Of a stretch of 64,000 nt of DNA, positions 12,834 to 25,668 are shown piece by piece (position 1 is the first letter of the stretch; every line of letters starts with the position of its first letter). The translations under genes were made by a program, and so were the position numbers. The notes below the pieces were generated by a model. It did not search any database. It was given only the letters and a program-made list of their open reading frames with translations, and was not told the origin of the DNA. Source of the stretch: Podarcis pityusensis (lineage: Eukaryota). The stretch lies in NCBI GenBank assembly GCA_964106645.2, contig OZ067044.1. The stretch is one strand, 5' to 3'.

Positions 12834-13699
12834 GGATTTTGTTCTCATTTACTGTAGTTGAAAATAGAACAGCAGTTTGGGTATTATATTTTGGAACGTG
12901 AAGGAGAAACATCCCTATGCTAAGAGCTGTTCAGCAATGGAGCTGCTTTGCTGCAGTTATTCAAGCAGAGTCTGGACAGTCATATATTGGGGATTCTCTC
13001 TTTCCTGCAGGGCTCGGCATTGGGGTGGGAATCTCCTCTGACATGATTCTATGTTTCTCCAAGTGCGACTTTCCTGGTATACAAAGATCTGCTTCCACAA
13101 ATAATGCGCCAGCATTTCTTTTTTCCTTTCTCTTTTTGAATTACCTCTTCAGCGGCTTTTAATTTAAGGGGTTTTACTACAGTGACTGTCGCACTGTGTT
13201 GTCTGGAAATAATTTGTACTAAAAGAGAAATTTGACTAAGCGTCATAGAATGGAAACTAGAACTATGGCACTGATATCCCAGCATTGATATACCATTGAT
13301 CTTATTTTGCATTTCCCTGATAGAAACATGGGCAATTGTTACTGATATCTGTGATTTCTGCTTTGATGCCAAAGATATAATCTCAAAATGTAACAGATAA
13401 TTTTACCCAACCACAGATCTCTTGCTTTTTTTCAGTTTTATTAGAAGGGATATTTCCCCCAAATAAATCAGAATAAACCTATGAGTTGACAGTGATCTCA
13501 GCTGTCCTGTAGAAGACAAACATAAACCAAAGTGTGTCAAACGAAAACAAAACAAACACAGATAGGGTTTTTTAGTGTTTGATTAGAAACCAGAGCTTTT
13601 GCTCTCCTATTCTTGTTAGTTTCTTCCTTCCTCCTAAAAAACAACATTGGCTTTGAGAAAGAAAAGGTGTTAGCAGGTGACAATATTGATATAGTAGCA

Positions 13700-14340
13700 C
13701 CCCCTGACTATGAACCTGCTCTTTCAGGAGGACCCCATCCAAAGCACACAACTGACCAGTTATCCAGCCTCAGGGAGACCCACTCAAAGCTCCTCTGTCT
13801 TGAGGAGTTTTGTTGGCCATCATTCAGCTGAACGCTAAGCCTAGGCACTAGTCCAGGGCTTGCACAACCGCTTCTGATTTAGAAGTTACAGAGAAGTAGA
13901 GCTCAGCATCATCAGCATGCTGATGACACCTTGCCCCAGATTGCTCAATGACTATCTCCAGAGGCTTCATATATAGATGTCAAACAGCACTGAAGACAAA
14001 ATGGTACCCTGTGGCACCCACCAGCACAACTGCCAGCGGGCTCAAAGACAATCACCCAAGGTTGTTTTCAGAAACCAACTCTGGAAATAGAACCAGAACC
14101 ATTGTTAAACAGTGTCTCCAGTACCCATCCCATTAAGTCAGTTCAGAAAGATATAAAGGGAATTGTGTCAAAAGCCACTGAGAAAGAAATCAGGTAAGGT
14201 TAACAGGATTATACTTCCCCTGTACTTCTCCTAGTAAAGATCACCCATCAGTGACAAAGGTCAATTCAGACCCATAACCGAGGCCTGAAAGCAGATTGAA
14301 ATGGGTCAAGATAATCTGTTTTGTTCCAGAGTACTTGTAT
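13700..14340 (-). mobile_element. Degenerate L2-type LINE reverse transcriptase fragment
   Basis: The minus strand gives DYLDPFQSAFRP (~14282-14316), SVAFDT (~14165-14182), VPQG (~14005-14017) and a decayed ADD motif (~13910), in the correct RT order. Confidence 0.75.
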
Positions 14341-15047
14341 CGTCACTTCTGACATTGTGGTCTGACATTGTGGCTCCTTGTGATATTCAAGTCAACTAGC
14401 AGTTACAACGTTATCCTAAAGCAAATCTTTGAAAGACAGGTATGTATCCCTCAGTCAGCATTCCTTCCCCCCTTTCCCTACTCCATCCCAACACCAGAGC
14501 ACATTAGTTTCCCCCCACCTATATTTTATGAATAAGAACAAATCAGTGTGCCTTCTTGACATATCATTTCCAGGATTTAATGATCCCCCGTGGCATTATT
14601 TCATGGGCAATATTAGATTCACTTACTGTGTGCTACAAAGGTTTCCCCTTCTCAAACACTAGTTACCATGGGTGGTATCCAGTGTTCTAGACCCAAGTAG
14701 TGCTAAATAGTATCTACATTATACAATTCCACATATTATACAAAATCTATATGCTACACCATGTTAAACAGAGAATTATGTAGATCCTATGGGAAGCAAA
14801 TTTGCTATAAAGGACATATCAAGAATTGCACCTATTGCACAACTATTTCGGAAGAAATAATACTGAACTAATCCCTGGATTTGTACCCCAAAATGAGTAA
14901 ATAGTGGGGATAATAATTGATTCATCAAAGATAGATCTATCACTCCCAACTTTCTTTGGTTTTTGTCTTCATCTGTTTGTCTTTATCTGTGATTGAGTCC
15001 CCTGAACTTCAAAAAGCATGTCACATTTATACCAGCTGTAGAAATTA

Positions 15048-15262
15048 CAGTGGTACCTCGGGTTACATACGCTTCAGGTTACAGACTCCGCTAACCCAGA
15101 AATATTAAGAACTTTGCTTCAGGATGAGAACAGAAATCATGCAGCGGCGGCGCAGCGGCAGGCCCCATTAGCTAAAGTGGTTAAGTGCTTCAGGTTAAGA
15201 ACAGTTTCAGGTTAGGAACAGACCTCCGGAATGAATTATGTTCTTAACTTGAGGTACCACTG
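15048..15262. mobile_element. Tc1/mariner (pogo/Tigger-like) MITE
   Basis: Terminal inverted repeats CAGTGGTACCTCGGGTTA...TAACTTGAGGTACCACTG are flanked by TA on both sides. The element is 215 bp and non-coding. Confidence 0.88.
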
Positions 15263-15628
15263 TATAAGGCACAAAAGAAGACATTAGTTGGAAAAGGGAA
15301 TAATTACACTTATTTGACTGACTGGATTTTAATCTATAGTCCAATGCTTTAGATTATTAATCTTGTAAGATTAATTTTGTTGTACTGATATATTTTATGT
15401 TAAAGATTATTTTAATTTCCTTATTGTTTTGTATCATTTCCTATGTCAACTTGGGGTATGTGGATTTTATATGGAAGTGCTAATTCACTTTGCCTTTCCT
15501 TATATTAAAAGTTTCCTTTCATTACTCTCAATACATTGCTATGGTCTGTGACTATCACAATGCATCCATTCATGACAGGCCGAGGAGTGAGCTTTGGGCT
15601 AGTGATGTTCCAGTTCAAAAAGCAGAAA

Positions 15629-15795
15629 GGTCATAGCTCAGTGGTAGAGTATCTGCTTTTCCTTCAAAAGGTTCAAAGTTCAATCCTCAGAATCCTGAGG
15701 TAGGAAAGCGAAGGTCTTCTGTCTGAAGACCTGGAGAGCTGTTGCTAGTTAGTGTGGACAGTACTGAGCTTGATGGACCAAGTGTGTCCGTAGTC
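15629..15795 (+). mobile_element. Old tRNA-derived SINE (Squam3-like)
   Basis: A-box TAGCTCAGTGG and B-box-like GTTCAATCC, followed by the body cctggagagctg.tgc.agt.agtgt.gaca.tactgagct.gatggacca. Confidence 0.7.
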
Positions 15796-16469
15796 TTGAG
15801 GGAACCCCCAGTTTTACAGAAGTACAAAAAAACAAGAGAAGGTGAAACCCAAACTGACCAAAGACAGCAGAGCATGCTCAGTAGAAACACAATGCTCAAT
15901 GCCTGTTGGAGGAGAAAAATATAAAACAGGGGAGGAGGAGGAATGAGATATTATGGAAAAAGCTGGCTGAAACCAGACCCCACTTCTTACTCTGTAACAT
16001 TCAAAGCACAAAAATTCTTCAGTGAAGATCTCCAAAACCTCAGCTAAAAGTCTGAAGCAAGTCTGCAAACTTACAAATTGCACACACCTCGTCCCTTACA
16101 TATGCCAAGAGACCCCACCATTTGCAGCATTGTGTTGGTTCTATAGGGACATTCAGCTGAATTCATGAAGATCAAGATTAGGGAAAGAGGGTAAAGTATA
16201 TACAAATATTCAAAAGGGAATCAGAGGGAAGGAAATGATTAATTAAACCATATTACCTGTATATACGGAGATGAAAGAGTAAACTGATTATTACAACATA
16301 CTTTCAAATATTCAATCTCAGTAAAAAAAATTGCACCAAATGTGTAGTAGCAGATACTGCTCAAAAGAAAACACTCTGAGATGAGTGAGCTTAAAATATA
16401 TTAGTACTCTATAGATATGCAGCGAATGCAGAATCAGTTCACCATGAACTGCTGAAAAAAACAACTCAC

Positions 16470-18890
16470 CATATCAGTTCTATCCATCTCAGAAATTAGG
16501 ATATTGCCTCCATTGGCAGTCAAAGGTGCATCAGACTGAGTGTTGCATGAAATATTCTCTGAAGTTTGAACATTGGGTGTTGGAAAGGTGAACTCCTGTA
16601 CCCTGGACTCAGAAGATAAGCACAGCTGATACGAATATGGCAATGTTCCTTCTTCATAGTTTGGTGGGAAAATGACCGTGTTGTTTGAATGGGGAACAGG
16701 AGCAAAACACTGCAGGAATTCTGGGTTCCCTGATCGCCGAATCTTCATGAGAATGGCCAGAATCACTGTCAGGAGGAATAAGAAGGAGATCAAAGCTAAG
16801 GCCAGCACCAAGAAGAACTGTAGATCAGATTGATACTCGGAGTCACTGGGCTGGTGGCTAATTTCCGGAAGTGCCTCCTGGAAGTTCTCAGCAAACACCA
16901 GGTTGAGACTCACGGTAGCGGATAGTGGCGGCTGCCCATTATCCTTGACTAAGATGACGAGCTTCTGCTTCACAGCATCTCTTTCCAGAAAAGCCCGTGA
17001 GGTCCTGATCTCCCCAGTATGGGAACCAATTGAGAACAGCCCAGGTTCTGTTGCCTGGAGCAGATAGTAGGAGAGCCAAGCGTTGTGTCCAGAGTCAGCA
17101 TCCACAGCCACCACCTTGGTCACTAGATAACCCTCCTCTGCTGAGCGAGGCACCATCTCAAACAAGGAGGAGCCCTCTACTCCTTGAGAAGGGTAAAGAA
17201 TCTGAGGGCTTTGGTCATTCTGGTCCAGAATGCACACTCTCACGGTGGCATTGCTGCTGAGGCGGGGGGAGCCTCCATCTTCGGCCCTCACCTCCACTTG
17301 AAACTCCCTGACTTGCTCATAGTCAAAGGAGCGCTGAGCATAGATAGTGCCAGTCTCAGAATTAATGGAGAGGAAGGATGAGAGAGGCAGCCCCTCAGTG
17401 ATGCTGTTGCGAATGGAGTAGGTGATTTGAGCATTCTGGTCCACATCTGGGTCGGAGGCTTTGACCCTGAAAATGGAGGAGCCTGAAGGATTGTTCTCTG
17501 GGACATAGGCAGTATAATAGGGTTTCTCAAAGGCAGGGCAGTTGTCATTGATGTCAGAGATCTGCAGTGTGATGGTTTTGTATGTGGAAAGAGGGGGGTT
17601 GCCTTTGTCTGTGGCTGTGACTGTGATATTGTACTCTGGAGTTCTTTCTCTGTCCAAGGGGGCATCTGTGAGAAGCTTATAATAATTATTGGAGGCTGAT
17701 ACCATTTTGAATGGCAAAGCGTGTTGTATATCACAAGTAATCTTCCCATTATCTCCAGAGTCTCTATCATTTACATTGATAAGGGCTACCAGGGTTCCTA
17801 CTGCAGAGTCTTCAGGGATGGGGCTGGATAAAGAGGCCAGAATCACTTCTGGCGCATTGTCATTCTCATCTAGGAGTGAAATTTCAACTTTACAGTGAGC
17901 CGCTAATCCACCTCCATCTCTTGCTTCTACTGCCATCACATATCCTTCTGTTTCCTCAAAGTCTAGAGCCTCCTTAAGTGTTATTGTCCCATCTTGTGAA
18001 CCCAAGTGGAACTTTTGACGAGCACTTTCAGGGATGTTACTAAAATTATAGTTTATCTGAGCATAAGAACCGTCATCACTATCTGTGGCTTTCACCTGGA
18101 TCACTGATGACCCTTTGGGGGCATTTTCTTTCAGCTTGACCGTGTATACTTTTTGAGTGAAGACTGGTGGGTTGTCATTTGCATCAATGACGGTGATCCA
18201 TATTTTGGCTGTTCCAGTTTTGGCAGGCTTCCCTCCATCCAGCGCCATAAGGATTAATTGGAAACTGCTTTCACTTTCCCGATCCAACTGTTTATTCAAC
18301 ACTAATTCTGCATATTTCTTTCCATCTTCTATTTCTCTCACTTCCAGAATAAAATACTGATTTGTGCTAAGGTGGTAATTCTGGAGAGAATTCACTCCAA
18401 GATCAGGATCTTCAGCTTGTCCAAGGAGAAACGTGGTGCCTTTTAAAGAGGATTCACTTATCTCCAGCTTGATATCCCCATTTACAAAATATGGTGCATT
18501 ATCATTAATGTCTTGGATTTCTACAGTTATATGAAAAATATTCATAGGACTCTCAACCACCACTTCAAAATTGATGGAGCAGAATGCAGTTTGACCACAT
18601 AATTCCTCTCTATCAATCCTTTCCCTTACATACAGATTTCCATTTTCTGCACTGAGAGTAAAGTATTGCTTTTTACCTAGGGAAAGGATACGTAGATTAT
18701 CATTTCCCATTTCTCCATTATTCAGGCTCAGGTCTTTGGCTAGGTTTCCTACAATGGATCCCTTTTCCATTTCCTCAGAGATGGAATAATGAATGTGCTC
18801 TGAGGCAATCTGACCACACAGAGAGAATAATAAGAGGAGAGGTACTTGCCATCTTAGGGATCTGCTTTTTTCCTTCTGCCTATCTTCCAT
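16470..18890 (-). CDS. PCDHGB: Protocadherin gamma-B-like variable exon 4 (subfamily B1)
   Basis: ORF 16434..18893. The track start is a GTG and the first ATG is at 18890. Donor ATG|GTGAGT at 16470/16469 gives 807 codons. Confidence 0.95.
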
Positions 18891-19171
18891 CACTCTTGCA
18901 GGAATTTGTGCTTTATTCTTGTTTTCTGTAATCAGCTGAGCTGATGAGGAGTTTCACATTCCCATTAGGATGCAGAAGTGCTCAATAAAAGATGATAGAA
19001 CAAGGCTACTGGTTGCTGCCGGATTTCTGTATTTTGCAGTGGTTTTTGCTTCTCAGCAAAACACTTTGGAAATCCCTGTGTTCTGCTGTTTCCCAGCTCT
19101 GTGTGACTGAACAATCACATTGCAGAAGCAGCAAATCACTGGATTTTCAGCTCCACTGTGAGAACTATGTT

Positions 19172-19213
19172 GGCCAACAGCGGCACTCTGAGTCTCAGAT
19201 GAGGAACTGCAAG
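19172..19213 (-). promoter_or_regulatory. CSE/CTCF-type site for exon 4 (CGCT intact)
   Basis: TTGCAGTTCCTC..CTCAGAGTGCCGCTGTTGGCC. Confidence 0.85.
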
Positions 19214-19402
19214 AGGTTTTGTCACAGATAAGATGGAAGAGATTTGTTTTGTCATTTACATATTGATGTGTATCCATTTTCAGGAATATTTGGGTAAATA
19301 ACATAGCTTTACAAATTTGTTGATGTGTTTTATCTGTAGGATAGGCCACAACTCACCGGCATCCAAAAAGTAGTAGTAGAAAATAACCAGCAACAATACA
19401 CT

Positions 19403-19428
19403 ACACACACACACACACACACACACAC
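19403..19428. repeat. (CA)n microsatellite
   Basis: Direct reading. Confidence 0.95.
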
Positions 19429-19809
19429 TCAATGTGGAATTTATCCCACCTCCTCCCCCTATTTTCTTTACTTTTTTTAGAAAGATCAGGTAGGATATAA
19501 ATGGGGAGAATAAAAGAATTGTAGCATTCACCACATTTTGAAATTGAAATCTGTAACTTTCTCATCTCCTTGAGAAATGTTACCATTTGTGTAGTAAAAA
19601 ACATGTGCCTAGAATTTTATTTTTTATGTTCCTAGAATAGTTACATGTTAAGAGTAGAAAACCTGGATTTGCTGATGAAGTGCGCTTCACAGAAATTTGC
19701 AGCTAAAATCTGACACCTGCCTTGAAATTGAAGTATGACTAACTTACTATCAATATTTACCGTTTGTGTAGTCTGAGTAGAACATAGTCTTCAAAAACCT
19801 CATAAATAT

Positions 19810-19908
19810 CCATTTACTGAGCTTTCCACTTTACAACAAGTTTGTCTATCAGGAACTCCATTTACTGAGCTTTCCACTTTACAACAATTTTGTCTATTAG
19901 TAACTCCA
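19810..19908. repeat. Local tandem duplication, 2 x 48 bp
   Basis: ccatttactgagctttccactttacaacaa.tttgtctat.ag.aact occurs twice in direct succession. Confidence 0.9.
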
Positions 19909-20521
19909 CAGTTTAGCATTCTGACCATTGTCTATTCAGCTTATGAACTTGCACTTGTCAGTATTTTAAAGGGGGATCAAGGATGAAATCTAATTCTGTG
20001 GAGTCCTGGATAAAGTAGGGCGATATTGAAGTAGTAATTGTCAAGACATCATACCCTGCCACTATGACAATCTACATGTTTAGAAAAAGCAAATACTATG
20101 TGGGGGATCAACAGTTCATTTTTAAAAGGAAGGAGTTCTAGTTCATCCTGTCCAAAGAAGTTCGTAATTTTACAAAATAGTTCAGTTAAAGTTCATCCAA
20201 ATAGTAACTTTTTAGTTCATAAAATAATCACCTTGGCATTTCCCCCCACCCCTAGTATGCAGAATTCTACAAGCTGCTTTGCTTGCATGTATCCTAAAAG
20301 TAAACCAGCACCACACACAAATAATATGTAAAAGCCATCAGATAGTAACAGAACTTGGACAGCGTCTCCTAGTCAGGCTTGAGAACACTGGGCTGGATTC
20401 ATAATTGACCCTTCCAAATCTACAATTCTACAATTCTCTTAAATAGCTCCTTATACAGAGGAAAGATTTATGCAGACACAAAAGCAATGCTCATATTTGG
20501 GAAGCCCTTAGCTTTCCACAA

Positions 20522-20868
20522 GTGGCGCTGTGGGTTAAACCACAGAGCCTAGGACTTGCCAATCAGAAGGTCGGCTGCTCGAATCCCCGTGACGGGGTGA
20601 GCTCCCGTTGCTCGGTCCCTGCTCCTGCCAACCTAGCAGTTCGAAAGCACGTCAAAGTGCAAGTAGATAAATAGGTACCACTCCGGTGGGAAGGTAAACG
20701 GCGTTTCCGTGCGCTGCTCTGGTTCGCCAGAAGCGGCTTAGTCATGCTGGCCACATGACCCAGAAGCTGTATGCCGGCTCCTTCGGCCAATAAAGCGAGA
20801 TGAGCACCGCAGCCCCCGAGTCATCCACAACTGGACCTAATGGTTAAGGGTCCCTTTACCTTTACCTT
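20522..20868 (+). mobile_element. Sauria SINE (Squam1 type)
   Basis: Head gtggcgctgtgggttaaaccacagagcc, B-box-like sequence, (ACCTTT)n tail and an imperfect TSD cttagctt(t/c)c(c/t)aca. Highly similar to the copies at 26617 and 27385. Confidence 0.92.
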
Positions 20869-20944
20869 AGCTTCCTACAGACATGTTGACATCTAGGCAC
20901 ACCACAGTCTGGGGCACATTTAGATAAAGTGTGCATAGGACTGG

Positions 20945-21170
20945 AGTCAGAATTCGCTGAATTCTACTCCAACCTATACACCTCCAACAACCCACCCCAA
21001 CAGGGAATCAAGAACCACCTGACAGGACTGCCCATTCCAACCATAACAGAAGACGAACAAGAGTTCATTGGACAGTCCTATCATCCCAGTGGAAATAGAG
21101 ACTGTCCTCAAAAACAAAAAAAATACATAAAGCCCCAGGCCTAGTTGGTTTCACAACAAAATTCTAGAAT
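20945..21170 (+). mobile_element. L1/Tx1-type LINE ORF2 fragment
   Basis: Translation FAEFYSNLYTS...LP.ITE.EQ, then after a frameshift KAPG.*GFT, typical of the region just before the L1 RT domain. Confidence 0.65.
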
Positions 21171-21315
21171 TATTCTTCCAAAGAGAGGAGTTGGTTACTG
21201 ACAGTCAAATTGCTTCTCACCAATATTATCATCATAGTCCTAAAAACACATGACTCATAAACTTTATTTCTGAAGCTTCACCTCAGAGACACAAGAATAA
21301 TTCAGCTGGTCACCA

Positions 21316-21319
<4 letters not shown>

Positions 21320-21401
<82 letters not shown>
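21320..21401. repeat. Compound (CT)n(GT)n(GA)n microsatellite
   Basis: Direct reading. Confidence 0.95.
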
Positions 21402-21403
<2 letters not shown>

Positions 21404-21496
21404 AAAGAGTTCTGCTCTCAGTAATATTATATACATCAATTACAAAGGAGAGAACTGATACAAATAAAGGCCAATTTACCATCTCCATTTCCCTGT

Positions 21497-21546
<50 letters not shown>
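21497..21546. repeat. Compound (CA)n(GA)n microsatellite
   Basis: Direct reading. Confidence 0.95.
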
Positions 21547-21550
<4 letters not shown>

Positions 21551-21778
21551 ATTGCCATGGAGCTTGTGCTATTTTTCTAAAAAAAAATTGTTAGCCTTCC
21601 ATCCACTAAGAAAAGGTGGAAAAGGTGTTACTGATTTTGTAACAGTATTGTGTGAATGCTGAGTAAAAAGAGGACAAACTATGGCAATTTCCACAAAAGT
21701 ATGGAGGCATTCTGTCTGGATTTTGCTCATTGAAAAACACCATGGCTTACACAAATAATTCTGGATAACAATTCTTAC

Positions 21779-24199
21779 CTCTTCATCTTTATTCATCTCA
21801 GCTTGACAATTATTTTCTCCGTTGCCTGTAAAAGGAACACCAGGTTTCTCACTGCTAACAATATTGTCTGCAATCTGTATATTTGGTGTAAGGAAGGTAA
21901 ACTCATTCTTCCTGGACTCAGAAGACAGACACAGCTGGTAGGAATAGGGCAAAGTCCCATCTTCAAAGTTGGGTGGGAAGATGGCACCATTCTTGGAATG
22001 AGGAACAGGACCAAAGCACTGTAGGAACCTGGGATGCCCTGATTGACGGAGCTTCATTGTAACGGCCAGAATCACGGTCAAGAGGAACAAGAAGGAGATC
22101 ACAGCTAAGGCCAGCACCAAGTAGAACTGCAGGTCAGACTGATAGTCCAAGCTGCTGGGTTGGCTCTTCATTTCTGGAAGGGCCTCCTGAAAGTTCTCAG
22201 CAAACACCAGGTTCAGAGTCATGGTGGCCGAGAGAGACGGCTGCCCGTTATCCTTCACCAGAATGACCAGTCTCTGTTTCACAGCGTCTCTCTCCACAAA
22301 GGCCCTGGCTGTCCTGATCTCTCCAGTATGAGAACCAACCGTGAAGAGTGCCGGCTCAGTGGCCTGAGTCAGGTGGTAGGAGAGCCAGGCGTTGTGTCCA
22401 GAATCTGCATCCACGGCCACCACCTTGGTGACAAGATAATCTGCCTCGGCCGAACGAGGCACCATCTCAAACAAGGCTGAGCCCTTGGCTTCTTGGGAGG
22501 GGGACAGGATACGAGGGCTGTTATCATTCCTGTCAAGAACAAACACTCTGACGGTCACATTGCTGCTGAGAGGGGGAGAACCCCCATCTTGGGCCTTCAC
22601 TTGCACCCGGAACTCTCTGAATTGTTCATAGTCAAAGGATCTCTGGGCATAGATGATGCCAGTCTCAGAATTAATGGAGATATAGGAGGAGATGGGAAGC
22701 TCCTCGATGTTGCTGTTGAGGATGGAGTATGTGATCCGTGAGTTCTGGTACATATCAGGATCAGAAGCTTTGATGGTGAAAATGGAGGCACCTGAAGGAT
22801 TGTTTTCTGGCACGTAGATGTTGTAGGATGATTTCTGAAATGTAGGGGCATTATCATTGATATCTGAGATCTGTAGTGAGATTGTTTTGTGTGTGGAAAG
22901 AGGTGGAGTTCCTTTATCAATTGCTGTGATTGTAAGATTATATGCAGGAGTTCTTTCTCTGTCCAGGAGACTGTCTGTCTGGAGCTTGAAGTAATTGTTA
23001 GATGACGGAAGAACTTTGAAGGGTAAATCATCTTGTAGGTAGCAAGTAACCTTTCCATTATCTCCACTATCTCTGTCATTTACATTGATCAGAGCAATGA
23101 CTGTTCCTGACATAGAATCTTCCGGAACAGGGCTAAACATGGAGGCTAAAGTAACCTCTGGGGCATTATCATTCTCATCACGAACGCTTATTTCAACTTT
23201 GCAATGTGTCACTAATCCACCACCATCTTTGGCTGCTACTGATATAGTATATTCATTGATATCCTCAAAGTCCAATAACCCTATAAGTAGGATTGAGCCA
23301 TTCAATGGATCTAGACTGAATTTCTTGTTGGCATTCTGTGGTATATTACTAAAATAATACCTGATTTGGGCGTATGAACCTTCATCATTATCAGATGCTG
23401 TAACCTGGAGCACAAGCGATCCAACTGCAACACTTTCCCTCAAACTGACCTTGTACACCTCTTGAGTGAAAACTGGGGGGTTGTCATTGGCATCAGTAAC
23501 ATTAATCCATATCTGGGCAGTCCCAGTTTTTCTAGGTTCACCCCCATCCAACGCTGTGAGAATCAAGTGAAGGGTCTGTTCAGTCTCTCGATCTAGTGCT
23601 TTCTGCAGCACTAAATCTGCAAATTTATTTCCATCATGAGTCTCTTTAACATCCAGAGTAAAATACTGATTCGAGCTAAGGTGGTAATTCTGGAGAGCAT
23701 TCATCCCAATGTCAGGATCTTCAGCTTTCCCAAGGAAAAACCGTGTTCCTAACAAAGTTAGTTCGCTTGTTTCTAAGTTGATATTGCCACTGAGAAAGAA
23801 TGGCGCATTGTCATTTATATCTTGAATTGTAATAGTCACATGAAAAATATTAAGGGGATTTTCCATTACCACCTCAAAATTAACAAGACAGAGTGGAGTT
23901 GTGCCACATATTTCCTCTCTGTCAATCCTGTCATTTACATAGAGATTTCCATTTTCTGCATTGATACTGAAATACTGCATTTTGTTCACAGAGACAGCAT
24001 GCAGATTGCGCCTTCCTAGATCTCTGGCATTCAGTCCCAAATCCTCAGCAAGATTCCCCACAACTGAACCCTTTGGCTTCTCCTCAAGGATAGAATAACG
24101 AATCTGCTCTGAGGCAGCCCAGCAGGAGAAAGGCAAAAATAAGAGAAGCAGTACTTGCCTTCTGAGTGCCATTCCATTGTTTTTGTTTCTTCTATCCAT
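21779..24199 (-). CDS. PCDHGB: Protocadherin gamma-B-like variable exon 5 (subfamily B2)
   Basis: ORF 21569..24199. Donor GAG|GTAAGA at 21779/21778 gives 807 codons. Confidence 0.95.
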
Positions 24200-24458
24200 A
24201 CAGATCCCTGAGAAACAGCTGTCTCCTTTTTTCAGCTTGTAATGATCAAATTGTCATCTGATCACAAGGAATCTCCACAACAAAGACTAAGCTGGATTTC
24301 TGCCTAGGTAAATCAGTTCCTTCTTAAATTTTTATTGTCCTTTCCAGCAAGATTGCTTGGTTGTTGTGATCTGCTGTTATTGTACAGAAATGGTGAGACA
24401 ATCCCTTTCTAGAAAACTATCCAGGGGTCTCCTGCATCTTCTCTGTGGCTTCCACACT

Positions 24459-24500
24459 GGCTGACACTGACATCCTGAGGCTCAGACAGAGAACTGCAAG
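24459..24500 (-). promoter_or_regulatory. Degenerate CSE for exon 5 (CAGT in place of CGCT)
   Basis: TTGCAGTTCTCT..CTCAGGATGTCAGTGTCAGCC. It is positionally homologous to the others but the core has diverged. Confidence 0.7.
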
Positions 24501-25290
24501 GGATTCTTTCTCATTCAACTTATAATTGAAAAGCAACCTGGGTATGTTCATATTTTGGAGTGTCCAGGACAACCACAAATTGGTGGCATCCAGGAGAGTT
24601 GTCTTTGGTCCTCCACCGTTTATGTTGTCAAATTACAGCTGCATGTCAACATCCTTTTATCCATGTTAACAACTTTCAAAATAAAAACAGAATTGTCTTG
24701 TGGTGTCTTAAAGCAAATGTGGCACAAGTTTTCATGGACTAAAATAATGACTGTGATATTGCTGTTAGTTTAGTATGAAGAATTGGCACCCAAGTTAGTC
24801 CAAAAAGAACTGGCACCCAAACAAAATCCTGAGCTTGGCAGAGCAGAAATCAGAATGCAGGCATTATTATCCCACTTTTTTATTTTGAATTATGATTATG
24901 ATTATGATTATTTCAACAAATAAGGTTTAAAGACTCTCTCAAGGTAAATCTTTAAAAATGTAGTATAAACACCAACAACTAGGAAACACTGGCCTGTGAG
25001 TGCTTCAATTGGAGAACAGCCTTTACCAAAGGTGTCATGGGCTTTGAAGACACTTGAACACAGGACGAAAAGGAGAAATGAGCTAAGAGGAAGGCACACT
25101 TGGCAAACCCTCACCATGATCAACTCCCACCCAGAAACCTGTGTCCCCACTGTGGAAGGATGTGTGGATCCAGAATTGGCCTCCACAGTGACTTACGGAC
25201 TCACTGCTAAAACTATGTTTTGGAAGACAATCTAACTCAGCTACGAGTGATCGCCAAAAAAGTAGAAGAAGAAAGAAGAAGAAAGAAGAT

Positions 25291-25668
25291 TATTATTATT
25301 ATTCCACCCACTTGACTAGGTTGCCCCAGCCACTCTGGGTGACTTCTAACAAATTAAAACACAGTAAGACATCAAACATTAAAACATTCCCTATACAGGG
25401 CTACCTTCAGATGTCTTCTAAAAGTTGTTTATTTGCTTAACATCTGATGGGAGGGCATTCCACAGGGCGGGCATAACTACCGAGAAGGCCTTCTGCCTGG
25501 TTCCCTGTAATTTCATTTCTTGCAGCAAGGGAACTGCCAGAAGGCCCTTGTAGCTGTATCTATGTCTCGGCTGAATGATGGGGGTGGAGACGCTACTTCA
25601 GGTATGCAGGGCCAAAGCTTTAGGGCTTTAAAGGTCAGCACCACACTTTGAACTGTGCTCGGAAACGT
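25291..25668 (-). mobile_element. L2-type LINE 3' end
   Basis: A (TAA)n tail in reverse, then ccccagccactctggg...ccttcagatgtcttctaaaagt...gggagggcattccacagggcggg, recognised as a squamate L2 3' region. Confidence 0.7.

Noticed and set aside
19670-19703. CTGATGA..GTG-CGCTT-CAC..GAAA, a possible second hammerhead core
   Set aside because: No convincing stem I or cleavage-site geometry, and no element context.
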